From Octopus bimaculoides (Eukaryota), in contig NC_068983.1 in the NCBI RefSeq assembly GCF_001194135.2, forward strand, positions 109,225,781-109,289,780: 64,000 nucleotides of DNA. Reading direction: 5' to 3'. A program made the translations under genes and the position numbers. Positions 48,401 through 62,319 of this stretch are shown one piece after another; the first letter of the stretch is position 1, and every line of letters starts with the position of its first letter. The notes below the pieces were generated by a model. That model saw only the letters and a list, made by a program, of their open reading frames with translations. It did not search any database and was not told where the DNA came from.

Positions 48401-50679
48401 AGGTTATACTAGACAACTTGACATTTCAATTTTTTTTTTGTTTGTACTTTTACAATCTACTTTTCACATTTAACCTCTTCATTTTGTGGAAATCAATTTA
48501 GAAAATTATTCTGTCAACTACATACAAATTCTGTGTTCATAATAGAAGAAAAATTTGGTGTTGGTTATGCTTCACTGGAAAGTGAAAAAAATGCCAAAAT
48601 GTACGTCTCACATTGATATTACTTTTTGTAGCTTGACATATCAATAAAATATATTGGGCGTAAACCGAAGCCAAAAATGAAACAGTTTGAAGTTTATTAG
48701 TATATATTGTTCAAATATGATCTGCTAAACCACACTCAAAAGCTAGTTGATAAATGAGTTCATAAATAGCATTAATCAGGAAATATCTGTGACTGAAAAA
48801 TTTGTTCTTAATTTTTTTTTTTTATTTGACATAACCAATATCAAGTTTACTGCCCACTGTTTATTAAATTTACTCTTTCTGTCATTTTAAATATAATCAT
48901 AAAACTTTCAATTAATAAAACAAAAATATTGTTAAAATGTCTTTTTGATAATGATACATAACATGATATAAAAAGAGAAATATAGATTATAAAATTATTC
49001 TTCATGTTATATAAAATATTAATGATGCATCTCATAAGATTTCAGTTATGGAAGATAAATATTAAAGGAATATGGATTAAAAGATTTTATTTGAAAGTAA
49101 CTAAATATCTGAAAGCAATTTCTGCAAGATAAATAACATCATCAATCAGCAAGCAAACTGATATTATGAAAGAAAAAAGGAAGTATATGTCATTTAGTTA
49201 ACACTAGGTATGGATATGCACATTAAAAGAGATGTTCTTCTGTACATAAGGAATTAAATAAATCTTAATATAATTATGAAAGAAATAATTAGAGGTATTT
49301 CTTTATGTCATAGTGTATTGAATAAACCATAGGCTCTTTGAATGGATCATCTATCATTAGCACCAACGATCAATTTTTTAAAACTTATAATGAGTTGCCT
49401 CAGCTTGCAACAAGGCAGATCACATCCTCATATCACCCTGTTTGTAACACTCACATTTCAAGACTTGACTTCACTGCTTTTTCCTAGCACTTGCCATCTA
49501 TTTGCATCACGTACCAGTCTCTCTTGACTAAACCAACTTAAGTCACTAATGCAAGCTGCTCCATTATATCACCTGTGCTCTATACTTTACTCAAACTAAT
49601 GCTTTACATCCAGCAATTCATAATTTACTCATTCTCTTTAACATCTGCAAATCTACATTCAATGTTTGTGAATCACTTCCATGTATTAAACTGTTCAGTC
49701 ATGCTTTTATATACTCTTTTTTTTTCCACAAATATGAAAACCCCCTTCTATTATCTGAGCCTCAAACCATCATTTTTCTCACTTTACTTTCATTACAATA
49801 TTTTTTCATGACAATGACCTTTCCTAAAAAGGAGATGCTTAAATACTAGAGATTTTTACCCATGACTAGTGACAAACATGAGCAGTTTTTAGAATTTTGA
49901 ATTCTATTTATTGCTCCCACTTCAAATTATTTTTGGGACTCTGAAGTAATGGTTTCTTATTAGTCAGTCATAAATTCTTTAATGCATTTTGTAAATGTGT
50001 TGCGTCTTTATGTACAACATATTAGAGTCATTCTAACTCTGTTTCTATATATCATATAAGGTCACTTTCCAAATAATACAAGAATTTGTGATCATCTCTA
50101 TTTCTAATTAATACTTTGGCCTTTACCATGTTGACATTCACATTTTTGAATTCTAATGCATTTTCAAGCTTATTTGGCTGATTCAACAATGAGAAGCAGG
50201 AACTCAGAATATAAAAAGGTCGTTCAGTTTATATTACAGGTCTTCAGGTCCAAAATTAGTTATTGTCAGCTATAAAAGGAACACTTACAATGCTTGCATT
50301 TACATTCTAATGATAATGTTGATGTCTAATAGTCATTAGGTGCCTTAATCTAGAATATAGAAATTGTTCTTATAGATTTTGAATGAGGAACCTTCATTTC
50401 TAATAATCATACTTGTACTGTTTAGAAATGTAAAAGCTACCAGGATTATATTTAAAGATGTAGGATGGGCATAATTAAAAGAATTCATTGTCAATTCAAA
50501 CCATGTTCATGTACTAACATATAAGGCAAGCTTTGGATGTGCAATGCACTGGGGTAATATGCACTGAAAATAGACTCTCTTAAATATTCAGTAGGCTCAC
50601 TGGAAGTAGTCAACTTCTATTATTTAGTGATATACTTAGCAGAAGATTGAATTGCTCAGACAGTATAGTGGCCAGGGTT

Positions 50680-51200
50680 GAAGGAAATTCAGAAAGCTAC
50701 TACCTCTGCTGTCAATACAGATCTTTTCCCTTAAATTGATGAGCATATTATATGATGTCTGTGTTAAAATCGCTATGCTGCAAGATAATAAGATGTTGAC
50801 CTTGAATAGAGAAGACTTGCAAAGACTAGAAAGAAATGAAGTAGGCATGTTTCATTGGATTTGTAATGTTACTAAGCATGTGCGCAAGAATACAAATGAT
50901 CTTATTGCAAAACCAGATATAAGGGGAATCAGGTGTTGTGCAGAAGAGACAAGGCTACACTGGTATGGGCATGTGATGCACATGGGGATTGATTGCTGCA
51001 GAAGGGAGTGTCAAGCACTCCAAGTTAGTGAAACCCATGAAAGAGAGAAACCAGGACGGATTTGTGATGAAGTCTTGCTTCTGCAGCTCAGAAAGATGAC
51101 AAACGATCTGACTGACTGGTGATATACAGTGCCATCTAACCATGGCAACATATGCTATAGCTCAAGGGTTGTATATAGACACAGTAAAATGTGTATCCTG
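50680..51200 (+). mobile_element. RTE-clade LINE C-terminal fragment
   Basis: LYDVCVKIAML..LNREDLQRLERNEVGMFHWICNV..IRGIRCCAEETRLHWYGHVMHM. Confidence 0.9.
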
Positions 51201-51949
51201 TCAGAAATATATTTGTTGGAACCCTCAACTCACATCCTTGAACCATCTATCTACCTATTACTCAGCTCCCTTCGTGATTGCCTCTATAGCTCTCATTCAC
51301 TAACCCCCTATGCTGGCTGCACCATCCTTACCACTCTCTCTACTTGCTCTTCAGCAAACCTATATGTAGGAGACTGCATTAGATCACTATCTTCTGGCCC
51401 TCTCATCCAATAGAATCAAATTTTACCATACTGAAGTTAATGCCAGCCTTCTCTCCCCTCTAAGTCACATTTATTGCCACTCTTCACATACTGTTGCATT
51501 TATCTTATCACCCACCTCAATATTTATCCACTTCTATTGTCTATCACTTACCTACTCTTACTTACTCTCACCTTTGTCTTAACACCTATCTTTACCTTTA
51601 TCATCTCTCCCTCCCAACTTCTTCCCATCATATATTTGTTCTTTACCCCCTCGCATCCAGCCCATCTGATGTCATTGTTTCTACTTTTTCTTTCTTTTCA
51701 GTATCCCCTGGATTGGTCACCTCTACAGACAGATATGCCCTAAATTATTAAGTACTCCCTAGCATCTACTTTTAATACCCTAACCCATTTATGGCTTTTC
51801 TGCCATTGTTGCTCCCTTTCTGAATTTACTTTTACTGTGTACAAGGACCCCTACCTACAGTTCATATGGTAAAAGTTTTGGCAAAAATGAGCTGAGAAAA
51901 TGTGTCTCACCAAAGACTATTCAGCATCTCTAGTGTTGCTGTCATGAAA

Positions 51950-52130
51950 AAATGCAACCAATGCACTCTGTGAAGTGGTTGGCATTAGGAAAGGCTTACA
52001 GCCATAAAAACTAAGCCAGATGATACGTAGACTTTGGGAGTTGAAGCTTCTATTAAGTGATGACTGAGACTGACAACCAGCCAACCCAAACTGGCATAGA
52101 AAGATGATGATGATGATGATGATGATGATG
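51950..52130 (+). mobile_element. RTE-type 3' tail with (GAT)n
   Basis: CACTCTGTGAAGTGGTTGGCATTAGGAAAGGC..GGCATAGAAAGATGATGAT. Confidence 0.65.
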
Positions 52131-52339
52131 AAAAAGAACCAAAAGAGTGTGAATTTTCATAAAACTAAATAATATTAATGCTGTATGATTCACAATGAGT
52201 TTGAATAAATGTGACATCACTCCACCACATCATAACCACTGCTACCACCACTGCTGCTGCCACGAAGCCACCAGCACAACAGTGAGGACAATTACCAGCA
52301 CCACCATCATCACCATCATTACCATCATTTTTTACATTG

Positions 52340-54230
52340 GTTTTTGCATGTTTGGTTGTTAAAATTAGATCATTTGTGCAATGTGTCTTTCAGCATCTCC
52401 TTCATGATGTTCAGCTTCTTTAGATTAACTTTTCCCCACTTCTTCCAATTTCTAGCTGGCTCTTCCTCTTCCAAAAGTTCCTTTCACTTGGATCACTTAC
52501 CACCTTTTTAATCAACTGACATCCTCTATATGAATCATATGTCAATACCAATTTATTTCTCCCACTCAAATGCTTACATTTGATCCCAATCACATCCAGT
52601 TTTTCTCTCAACACATTTATACTATGCCATTCATGCCCACAAACATTACATATCCATCGGAGCATTCTTGGTTCATTTCTTTTGTAACCTTTGCACATAT
52701 ACTGTATTCAAAGGACCTGTTTTGCTATCATATGACATTGCACTTTGTGCATAAACATCATAGAGATTTCCTTTGCTTCTCCCATCTACATGTATTGCTG
52801 ATCAGGTTACCTAGGTAGCAAAACCTCCTTCTAAGATACCTTTAAGCATTTGAAAAAACTTCTATTTCATGAGAACTTACACTGCTAAGTATTCATTATA
52901 CATGCAACAAATAAACTTCTTTTTATTCCCGGTTAGCCTGAATGGGATTCCATTGCTTCTCTTGAGCACCTATGATTTATGCTTAGCACACAATACAGAG
53001 TCCTTACCTTCTCCTTTTCTGCATGTTGACCAAGCCACTCTTCTAGTGGTAGTGGAGCTGATTTTTTCCTGCGAACTAATACATAAGTATTTGCTAGGTC
53101 TACGTTGAGGTCTTGCAATTCTAGACTTTGGTCTCACATCTAGAATTTATTCTTTAATTTTTTTGATAATCCACCCTGAGAACTATGCCATTGATATACA
53201 GAAGTTTCCTTCAACAACTGTTTTAAACTCTATTATGGCCCATAGAACCACAACAAGCAAAGACAGTTAATAACTGAGCTCTGATGGAGCATACAATACT
53301 CATCATTGAAGTCATTGCCAACTCTCCACTTTACTAATGACATCACTACACATAGCATGCACAAGTTTCACAAACTATCCATCTACACCTTGAACACAAG
53401 GCTACAGAATGTTGTATCCTGTAAAAAGCCATCTCCAGGTTTTAAAAAATTCTATGCAGAGAGCCTAAGGAATTCTCCTATAGTTATCTAACTAGAAAGA
53501 GATTATCACTTGTACCCCATATTCATGCAAACCTGAACTGCATCTCACCTAAGCTAATTCTCTTCCTAATAACAAGTGCTAAAGAATTTCAGTTACGTTT
53601 ACAACCTGGTCCATCAATTTGATGTCACTGCCTCTTTCTAGAGTCACTTTGTTTCCCAAGTAACATTTGATGATGATTTTACTATACCAATTATTGACTG
53701 TAACACCAGTCTTTACTGAATGACTAAGCAAATAACCTAGTATGTGACCGACTTTGGTGGATATTTCTAGAGTCTCAAAAACTGTCCCCAACAGTCCAAC
53801 TGTTTTCCTTGCTTTCATATCCTTAATGGCCATTTCACCCATATAGATATCATCTTCAGTAGCAGGTTCCTTTGTAGGCTCTGTCTCCATCAGACCCTTC
53901 TCTCCTGAGTTTTCTCTTCCTTCAGTAACCTCTCATGATAACATTTCCATAATGCTTTCTACTTGGCACCAATGAGTGCAAGTGTACCACCATGATTCCT
54001 TATATACATTTCTCTGCATTTCTTTGACATCTTGTTTCACATTTTCACATTGATACACTATTTTGTCATCCAGAACTCTTTTTGCTTCAAACTTTATCAC
54101 AGAGCATTGGCAAATTCCTTTCAACTTCTATCCTCACAATGTATACCAGCCATCAAAATTCACTCCTAGTTATCTGAGATTGCATCTTGTTCCCATTTTC
54201 TTGTAATATTTGCAAGCCTGTCTTTTAGTT
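52340..54230 (-). mobile_element. Decayed RTE-clade LINE (linker, RT and C-terminal parts)
   Basis: KRNEPRMLRWICNVCGHE..VLREKLDVIGIKC; MKDMKARKTVG..SWYSKIIIKCY..KVTLERG..IKLMDQV; many stops. Confidence 0.75.
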
Positions 54231-54648
54231 TTTAAGGCTCTAATGGCAGTACTATTCCACAGCCATGGTGCCTTCTGTTTGGCTGGAATATTGCTCCATC
54301 CACAGATCTGGTGTCTGGCTTACAGAAATTGTCTCATCACAACTTCAGGTTGTTTTCTATGTTATAAGTGTCTAACGTCACTTCCTTATCATCTACATGA
54401 ATTGGCTGACTTGTGGCTTGAAACACATAAATATATATTTTGATGTCAACATTTTTAATGAAATAAATTAAGAAGTCAATGAATACAAGAAGACAAATTA
54501 AGGAAAATGGATTTATAATTAAAACAAAAAGAAGCTCCTTGTCGGTGATGGTGCAAGAGTAATAAATATCTCACTTCACCTCTTACACTAATTACTTTAT
54601 GAAATAAAGATAATGATTACGTCCAACCACTTCTCTGAAGAAATAGAA

Positions 54649-54704
<56 letters not shown>

Positions 54705-54856
54705 CACATGTGTCTGTGACGGAGAGAGAGAGAGTGACAGACAGACAGGAGATGGGGAGGAAGAGAGAGTTGCTTTCTGAGAAACACATATATCATCTGG
54801 AGTTGTACTACTGACTCAGGTTATTTTCCCCACATATTCTCGACATGTAAGGCAAT

Positions 54857-55290
54857 GTCAGTTGATCTGCATTTCCAAAGGAGTTTCAATATGTTCACTC
54901 AACTTTGGAAATAGAAGTGAAATCCCCCTCAAATCACATCTTATCAAATAAACGATATACAAAACGTCAATGATGACACAACCAGAACATCTTTCATCAT
55001 AAATTTGCTTGACAAGCATTGATCTGGAACTAAATAACAAAGTTTACTTCAAGTCAAGAAAGAAAAAAAAACTCTTGAGCACTGGAGACTCTAGAAATAG
55101 CAGTTAAATTTCCCTGAAATCACACCCAAACATCTTAAATTATCAAAAGGTACATTGACACATTAGACAATATAGTTCAAAATAAAAATAAAAAAAACAA
55201 CTACATGTGTGTGTGTGTGTGTGTGTGTGTACCTGTATTCCATAATCACTAGTCTGACAAAATATGTAACTGGACTAACATTTATGGATT
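54857..55290 (-). repeat. Two adjacent copies of an unclassified interspersed repeat (also at ~58185-58345, + strand)
   Basis: GAAATAGAAGTGAAATCCCCCTCAAATCACA and GAAATAGCAGTTAAATTTCCCTGAAATCACA; reverse complement TGTAATTTGAGGGATATTTGG at ~58300. Confidence 0.6.
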
Positions 55291-56030
55291 AAATATCTTT
55301 CCAATCTCAGGCTTAAGTTTGAGCACTTTATTCTAAATGACCAAACATAGCTTCGTTTTGAACTTTCCTGGAATAGTGTGAATGTGATAAAGTTAAGAAA
55401 TATGTATGGGAGACAATATTTCTACTAGCATTATTAACTTTTTATCTATTGTTTATATATTTCATTATTCTTATTGTTTCATATTTCAAAAACAATTCTT
55501 TAAAAGTATAATATCATAACTATATATGCTCAATATTCAAAAGATATTTTAATGTGAAGAAATTTCTATCTAGTATATTTATATGAATATTTATCTAAAA
55601 AGCTGAGAAAACTATCATAATTTAATTTATAATAATATCATTTATAATATATAGGAATTAAAACTAACATACAATGTTATTTATAGATATTACTACACAC
55701 CATATAATGTAAAATTTTTAAGATAGAAGCATATTTAATCTGTTTATGATAGAATGTTGCATTTTTATCAGCCCTCATAATATAATGTAAGTTATATTCA
55801 TATCATTTGCTCCAATGAAATTCAAAACTGATATTATCTTGTTATTGCTCATGAATAATATTAAGTGCTAGTTTAATATTGCGAATTTAGTCCTACACTT
55901 CTTTACAATGATACTGAATATATTATTAACATATTAGATATGTTTATATTAAAAAAAGGGCAGTTTTCATACAGATTTAATTGTGGTATTATTAATTATG
56001 ATGTGGCAGTTAACTGGTAGAAATATTGGT

Positions 56031-56239
56031 TACAAATTTTGGCACAGTACCAGCAAGTTCAGAGAAGGGTGTGAGCCAATTACATTGACCCCAGTGCTCA
56101 ACTGGTTTTTATTTTATCGATACTGAGGGTATGAAAGGCAAAGATGACATTAACAGAATTTGAACTCAGAACATGAAGACAAACAAAATACCACTAAGCA
56201 TTTTGCCTGACATGTTAATGATTCTGCCATCTCACTGCC
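56031..56239 (-). mobile_element. SINE family B, full length
   Basis: Reverse-complement colinear with 29941-30160. Confidence 0.9.
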
Positions 56240-56669
56240 CAAACTGGTAGAAATATTAAAGCTAGATAGACTAAATGTCTAATACTTAATCTCATATTCT
56301 GAATTTAAATCATTTTGATGAGAACTTTGCCTTTTGTTCTGAGTTTGATCAAAATACATAATAGTATACCTTGGAAATCATCCAGCCCCCACTGGAATGT
56401 GCTTATGGATGAAATTGATTCTATGAATTATTGTACATTATAAACAAATACATTTAGTATTAGACAGTGAATATTTTAATGGTCTGGTAGTTTAGAGATG
56501 TTTTCAAAAGGCATTATAATTGACATATAACACTACAGTTTTAAAATTTCTCCCTTATTTTGAATGATAGTATAATGGGTAAATTCCTTCATAAAGTATA
56601 ATTCTAAATTTATGAACATTATTTGCTATTCTTAACTATAGATTCTCTTTCTCTCTCTCTCTTTTTCTC

Positions 56670-56894
56670 TTTTACTTGTTTCAGCCATTTGACTGCGGCC
56701 ATGCTGGAGCACCGCCTTTAGTCAAGCAAATCAAACCCAGTACTTATTCTTTGGAAGCCTAGTACTTATTCTATTGGTGTCTTTTGTCAAACCGCTAAGT
56801 TACGGGGATGTAAACACACCACCATCAGTTGTCAAGCGATGTTGGGGGGACAAACACAGACACACAAACATATACACACACATACATACATATA

Positions 56895-56931
<37 letters not shown>

Positions 56932-57093
56932 GACAAGCTTCTTTCAGTTTCTGTCTTCTAAAACTAAATCCACTCACAAGGCTTTGGTCGGCCCAAGGCT
57001 ACAGAAGAAGTCACTTGCCCAAGTTGCTACACAGTGGGAATGAACCTGGAACCATGTGGTTGGTAAGCAAGCTACTTACTACACAGTCACTCC
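56670..57093 (-). mobile_element. tRNA-derived SINE family A, full length and well preserved
   Basis: Minus strand GGAGTGACTGTGTAGTAAG..CCAGGTTCATTCCCA (box A/B-like), central (TA)n/(TG)n, tail CCCCGTAACTTAGCGG..GGCTGAAACAAGTAAA. Confidence 0.95.
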
Positions 57094-59319
57094 TGCACCT
57101 ACATTTTTAATTAATTATAAAGAAATGTCTCGTAAATAACATAGCTAGCAAAAAATATGTTCCCATTTTAACTTCACATCAAATAACAAAATAAAATTTA
57201 AACTATTTTAATCTCTGTTTGTAATTTTTTTTCTCTCTCAGAAGTAAATTATTCCTTGTAATACCTTTTATAGACAACAGCTTTTCAGAGACTCTCAAAA
57301 GATGGAAGATGCTGCATTTGATAATACTATAAGAAAGAGATAATGTGAGCAGAATTAAGCTGCCCATAAAACTGCAAAAAATATTATGAAGTTTAATTTA
57401 CTACAATTAACTATTCATTCTTAAATTTTAATTAATTCTTAATTAAGATGTTTAAAATGCAATTTAGAAAGTGATCAGTCAGAAAAGTGCATGTAACATG
57501 AATTGATACCAATTTACTAAGTGTCCACTGTTATTTTAATATTGCAACACAATTCTTTTTAAATAGGATGCATTTAGTTCAAAGAATTCAACCAAAGCAA
57601 GGAGAAAACATTTATTTGATGAATTGCTAACTAATGGGGAAATTAATTATATTTCCAGCTGTTTGCTAAAAATCACTTTCGAATTACAATAAAATTAGTT
57701 CCTTTTTAAATAAATATCTTTAGATTTAGAGTTAGAAATGAATTTAAATCAAATAAAACATTAAATATAATTTGTAATTTAAGGATGACAACTAAAATAA
57801 AATAATATAGAATTAGTTCACAACAAAAACATTTTCTCCCTCTTTCTTGAATTTGAGTCTTCTTTAAATTCAAGAAACTGCTTATCAGAGATTTATTCCA
57901 TACTTAACTCTATTAATTGTTATGCCTAACAACTGACAAGAAAGCATAGATTTATGTAGTTATGTAATGATAAAGAAATATTTTTAATCCCCATGTCACT
58001 ACTTAGGCTACAAAAAATGCATTAACATTTTATGTCAAAATAGCTCATATATAATATGTACTAGTATGTTTTCCAGAAGCTATTCTTGTTTCCAAATACT
58101 TGTTCTTCCAAAATATATATGCCGCTTTAAAATTTTTATTGAAGCACTTTTGCATTATAAATTGGAGTTTGTATTTGTTATTATTATTGTTTAGCCTCAA
58201 GTCAACTTTGAACTAAGCAGACCAATGGTGTTTCAACCATCGTCATCAAGTCTTTTAGAGTAATAAAGAAGACATCAAGCACTGTGTTACTTTTCTAGGA
58301 TGTAATTTGAGGGATATTTGGTTGATATTTTTAGTAGGTTGATTAACAAGAGGATGTTTTGTCTTGGGCAATATTCATAAACAATATGATTGTTCAAAAA
58401 AAGAAAATCTGGTAGAATAGATAAGTCTCATATATATATTCAAAATTTTGGTAAGGTTCAATAAAATATGTATAAATTTATATACTGGTGTTTACAGCTG
58501 TAATCTCATGTCACAATTTATCTTTAGTTAGATTTTGATCAAAAGTGTAATGGGTAATTTCATTGTTACTAAAAGGGTTACAATGATATATTTGATGTCT
58601 ATGATGTATACATCATCTTTAACCAGACAGGTACTACCTTCAACTTCTCATCATGTATTAAAGGGTTTTAACTTCATAGGAAAATGGACTTAGTGTTAAT
58701 ATCAGAATTGAGATAAATTAATTCCTAAAAATAAAATAAAAATTTAAATGTATAATATAATCAAATTATGAACACTAATAAATATAAAAATAAAATGATT
58801 ATAAAATAGCTAATGTATGTGCAAATGAGTAAATATTTTGAAGCAAAATAATTCTTCTTTTTTTATTCATTTGTTTATTAGTTTTGTTTAAAAGACAAAA
58901 CAAAATCAACATAATCTAATTATTGAACAGAGTTAAAGAAGTTCTGTAATTGTGTTTTGACTGAGTAAAATTTTGAAGCATATGAGGTTATTTTCCTCAA
59001 TTTCTAAATGTCTAATGACTGACTTTAAAGTTATGGATCACTCTAAAAAGTATTCTGATTTTATACTGTTTGGATTGCTGATATATATTATCAAGCAAGA
59101 TATACAACCGCTTCAAATTTTGTCAATAACATATTAGGACAGGACAGTCAAATGAACAGGTTGGGTCAAGAAAAGACAGGTGTCAGGAACAGATGTTTCA
59201 CACACTTGAAGTTTGGAATTTCACAGTAAAGATAGAACAACATTTTGATTTGATTTATTATTTTGTTTAACAATTTACTGCAACTGCTAGCTATTTTATA
59301 TGGAAGCAATGATAAGTGA

Positions 59320-59626
59320 CTGAGACCTTTGGTTATATGCTGTACTTGAGAAGAAGACCTATCAAGCCAAGTGAAATCATAGTCATGGTAGATACTGATG
59401 TCACACAACTAGCACCCATGCTGGTGGCACGTAAAAGCACCCATGCTGGTGGCATGTAAAAGCACTCATTACACTCTCAGGGTGGTTGGTGTTAGGAAGG
59501 GCATTCAACCATAGAAACCATGCCAAATCAGACTGGAGTCTGGTACTGTCCCTCAGCCTTGGTCAAGTCATCCAGACTATGCCAGCATGGACAGCAAATG
59601 CTAAATGATGATGATAATGATGATGA
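59320..59626 (+). mobile_element. RTE LINE 3' UTR with 25-bp tandem duplication and (ATG)n tail
   Basis: GCACCCATGCTGGTGGCAYGTAAAA twice; GGTTGGTGTTAGGAAGGGCATTC..AAATGATGATGAT. Confidence 0.85.
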
Positions 59627-60639
59627 AATTATTGCTGTTAATGGATGCAACTGACAGACAATGAACTTACCATTCTTGTGTTTTGTTTACATACACATTA
59701 TTCATAAATTATTATTTATGACCCAAACAGAGAACCACAAACACTCAAAAGTAACACACAACTTCTGATCTCCATCACTAGCTTCCCTTTCAAGATTAAT
59801 TCCCTTGGCTATTGAGCTTTGCATGGATATCACGGTAGAACTCTCAGTCTCAGATAACATGCTCCTCTCTTGTATTTTTGATTTATTCTTTTACATACCC
59901 CTCCTCTTCATTCATTCACTGCCAATTTCCATAAGATCTAGCAGGATAGGCTCACTTGACAACTGGTATCATTCTTATTCTTGCTGTCATTATCAGATAT
60001 TATACACCATTCTTTTATATCTCCATTCTTCTATCATATTTGTGTCTGCTCCATTCAACTTCCCTTTCTTAATTTCATATCAAATGTCACAATAAACTCA
60101 GCAAGAGTACCAGAGTAATGCTTTCATTTCAGTCAATATCTAGCCTTCTCTTCTATTTTCCCTATATGTTCATCCTCTACATGTCTCTCTTTCTTCTCTC
60201 TCTCCTCATTACCCTATAATATCTCTAATATCATTTACCCACACATTTCTTTCTTTGCCATCTTTTTTTGTTTCATGTGTTCTCTCTTCTCCTCCACTCT
60301 TCCTTTTTATCCATATAAATTGCTGTGATATATAACAGTAATTTTAAGCATTGTAGTCTGTAATTGGACTTTTGTATATGGAAGACACGGTCTCTGTAAG
60401 TTACAGTGGAAACAATACATCTTGGAGAACAAAAACTCAGAATAAAAATTGAGATTGTGAGGAAAAGAAACTTTAGCCTGGACAGGAAGCCTCCTTGAGG
60501 TTGGTGGCACAATGAAAATCACACCCAGTTTATGTTGTCAAATGGTTAGTGATAAGAAAGGCATTCAGCTAATTGATGTTAGACTCATTCAACGGGCAAA
60601 TTCTATAAGAATAAAAAAAGGATAGAAAACATTCAGAGA

Positions 60640-61090
60640 GCTACTACCTTTGCTGACAACAAGTGGAGTTTTGCTCTGAACAAAGAGTAGACTGTGCAAA
60701 CCTTGTTGATGAATGGTGATGCAAATGCAGTAAAGAGACATGAACACTAAAAGCAGAAGTTGTGCTTAGGCTTGAAAGAAATGAATCTAGAATGATCTGT
60801 TGGCAGGCTAAGGTGGAGTACATGAACAATGAGATACATATGAACAAAGAGAAAAACTGTATAATAAGAATAAGATGTTGTGTGCAAGACAGACAAGTGC
60901 ACTGGTAAATCTATGTAGATAATGAGTGATGGACAAAAATTACCAGGAGGTATAATATACAGTAGAAGGAATCAGTGATAGATCAAAGACAAAAATTTAG
61001 TCTTATAAAATTGGCAAGTGTTTGTAGCTCATTTCAGGAGGCTAACCTCACAAAAGAGTTGACAAAGGAATGCAAAATGTGCAAGAACAT
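60640..61090 (+). mobile_element. RTE-clade LINE C-terminal fragment, decayed
   Basis: LPLLTTSG..LRLERNESRMICW..RCCVQDRQVHW. Confidence 0.7.
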
Positions 61091-61639
61091 TGTGTTGGAA
61101 AAGATTTATTCAACACATGCAAGAATGCAAAAATGGATGCAAAAACAGTGATGATGATATCACTGTGGTTGCTGCTACCATTGCCAATGCTAGCTGCAGT
61201 AACATAGATAATGGTAGTAGTAAATCTAAATCTTACTATAAGACTAAATTTCAGGTAATGGGAATGTATAGCAAATTTTTTAAAAAGATATGCTTAAACA
61301 ATTATATGAATTTCTGCAAAGATGCCAAATTTAAGGATACAGTCAGTCTATGATGGCATAAAAAAGAGTAAATATCATTATAAGATAATTTACTTCTGTA
61401 TAATCAAGCAGATATGATTACAAAAAATAATCAGTGATGTAACTACCCACTTTTACATCAGGATAAGATGAAAATAAATGAAATCTTTCCTTTTGGATAT
61501 ACACTTACGCTTAAGTACAATTAATAAAACATCTGGAAGCATGTAAATCTAAGCACTTATTTTCTTTTAAGGAAATATAGAAAGGCTGAAAATAAGATAC
61601 AACTGTTTAGTAATGCATACAAACAAACACGTGTGTGAA

Positions 61640-61648
61640 TATATTTAT

Positions 61649-61698
<50 letters not shown>

Positions 61699-61743
61699 TT
61701 ATAAATATATATATGTATAAATTTATGCAATAATGATGCATAC

Positions 61744-61800
<57 letters not shown>

Positions 61801-61935
61801 AGAGAGAGAGAGAGAGAAATATATATATAGATGTATATATACATATATATATGATATATATATGTGTGTGCGTGTGTGTATGTGTGTGTGTGTGCGTGCA
61901 TGCATATATATATATATATATATATATATACATGA
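61640..61935. repeat. Complex microsatellite block (CA)n/(TA)n/(GA)n/(TG)n
   Basis: Seen directly. Confidence 0.95.
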
Positions 61936-61949
61936 TGCATATCTTTTAA

Positions 61950-62245
61950 TAACACCTAGATGGAGATGCTTTTTTCCATTCATCAAAGTGAATGGAGCTT
62001 TCAACAGTATCCAACGTTCCCTGTGTGTTTCGACCCAGAACTTTAATACCCTCCAGTTAGTGGGTCAGCAGAAGTGGCCAGATCACTGCTATGCATGGCC
62101 TTTAGCACAACTCTTCTCTCTTGCTCCAAATTCAACAAGAGGCTCTTTCTGCTGCCTCTCCTATCCTGTACGCGGCACCTTTTGCTCCTTCCCTCTTATT
62201 CCAATGTCTGTAAGTGTCCTCCATGCTGACTGAGCAGAGAACCTA
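61950..62245 (-). mobile_element. Hero-like retrotransposon extreme 3' end
   Basis: Minus strand VVVGCSRFSAQSAWRTLTDIGIRGKE../RIGEAAERASC*IWSKREE, homologous to IQEAVEKASFYIKLKRE at the end of the 15747-18054 element. Confidence 0.8.
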
Positions 62246-62319
62246 CTACAGCCAACCACAACTGTAAGCTGAATTAAGATCATTTTTTTCTTTTGGTCTT
62301 TTCAGACCACAGAACCACT

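Noticed and set aside
46700-49300. Very AT-rich stretch (also 55300-56000 and 57100-59200)
   Set aside because: No periodicity, open frames or terminal repeats that I could support; treated as ordinary intronic or intergenic DNA.
57242-57345. Plus-strand exon candidate after a strong polypyrimidine tract
   Set aside because: Every frame hits a stop before the GTGAGC donor.
59690-60200. Possible minus-strand RTE RT N-terminal remnant (similar pyrimidine-biased blocks at 49320-49830 and 51250-51740)
   Set aside because: Motif similarity is too faint to annotate without a profile search.
61557-62233. ORFs rich in YI, HT or CV (also 30949-31275, 36086-36605, 41149-41621, 56774-57110, 63087-63511)
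   Set aside because: Translations of microsatellites and antisense TE sequence.
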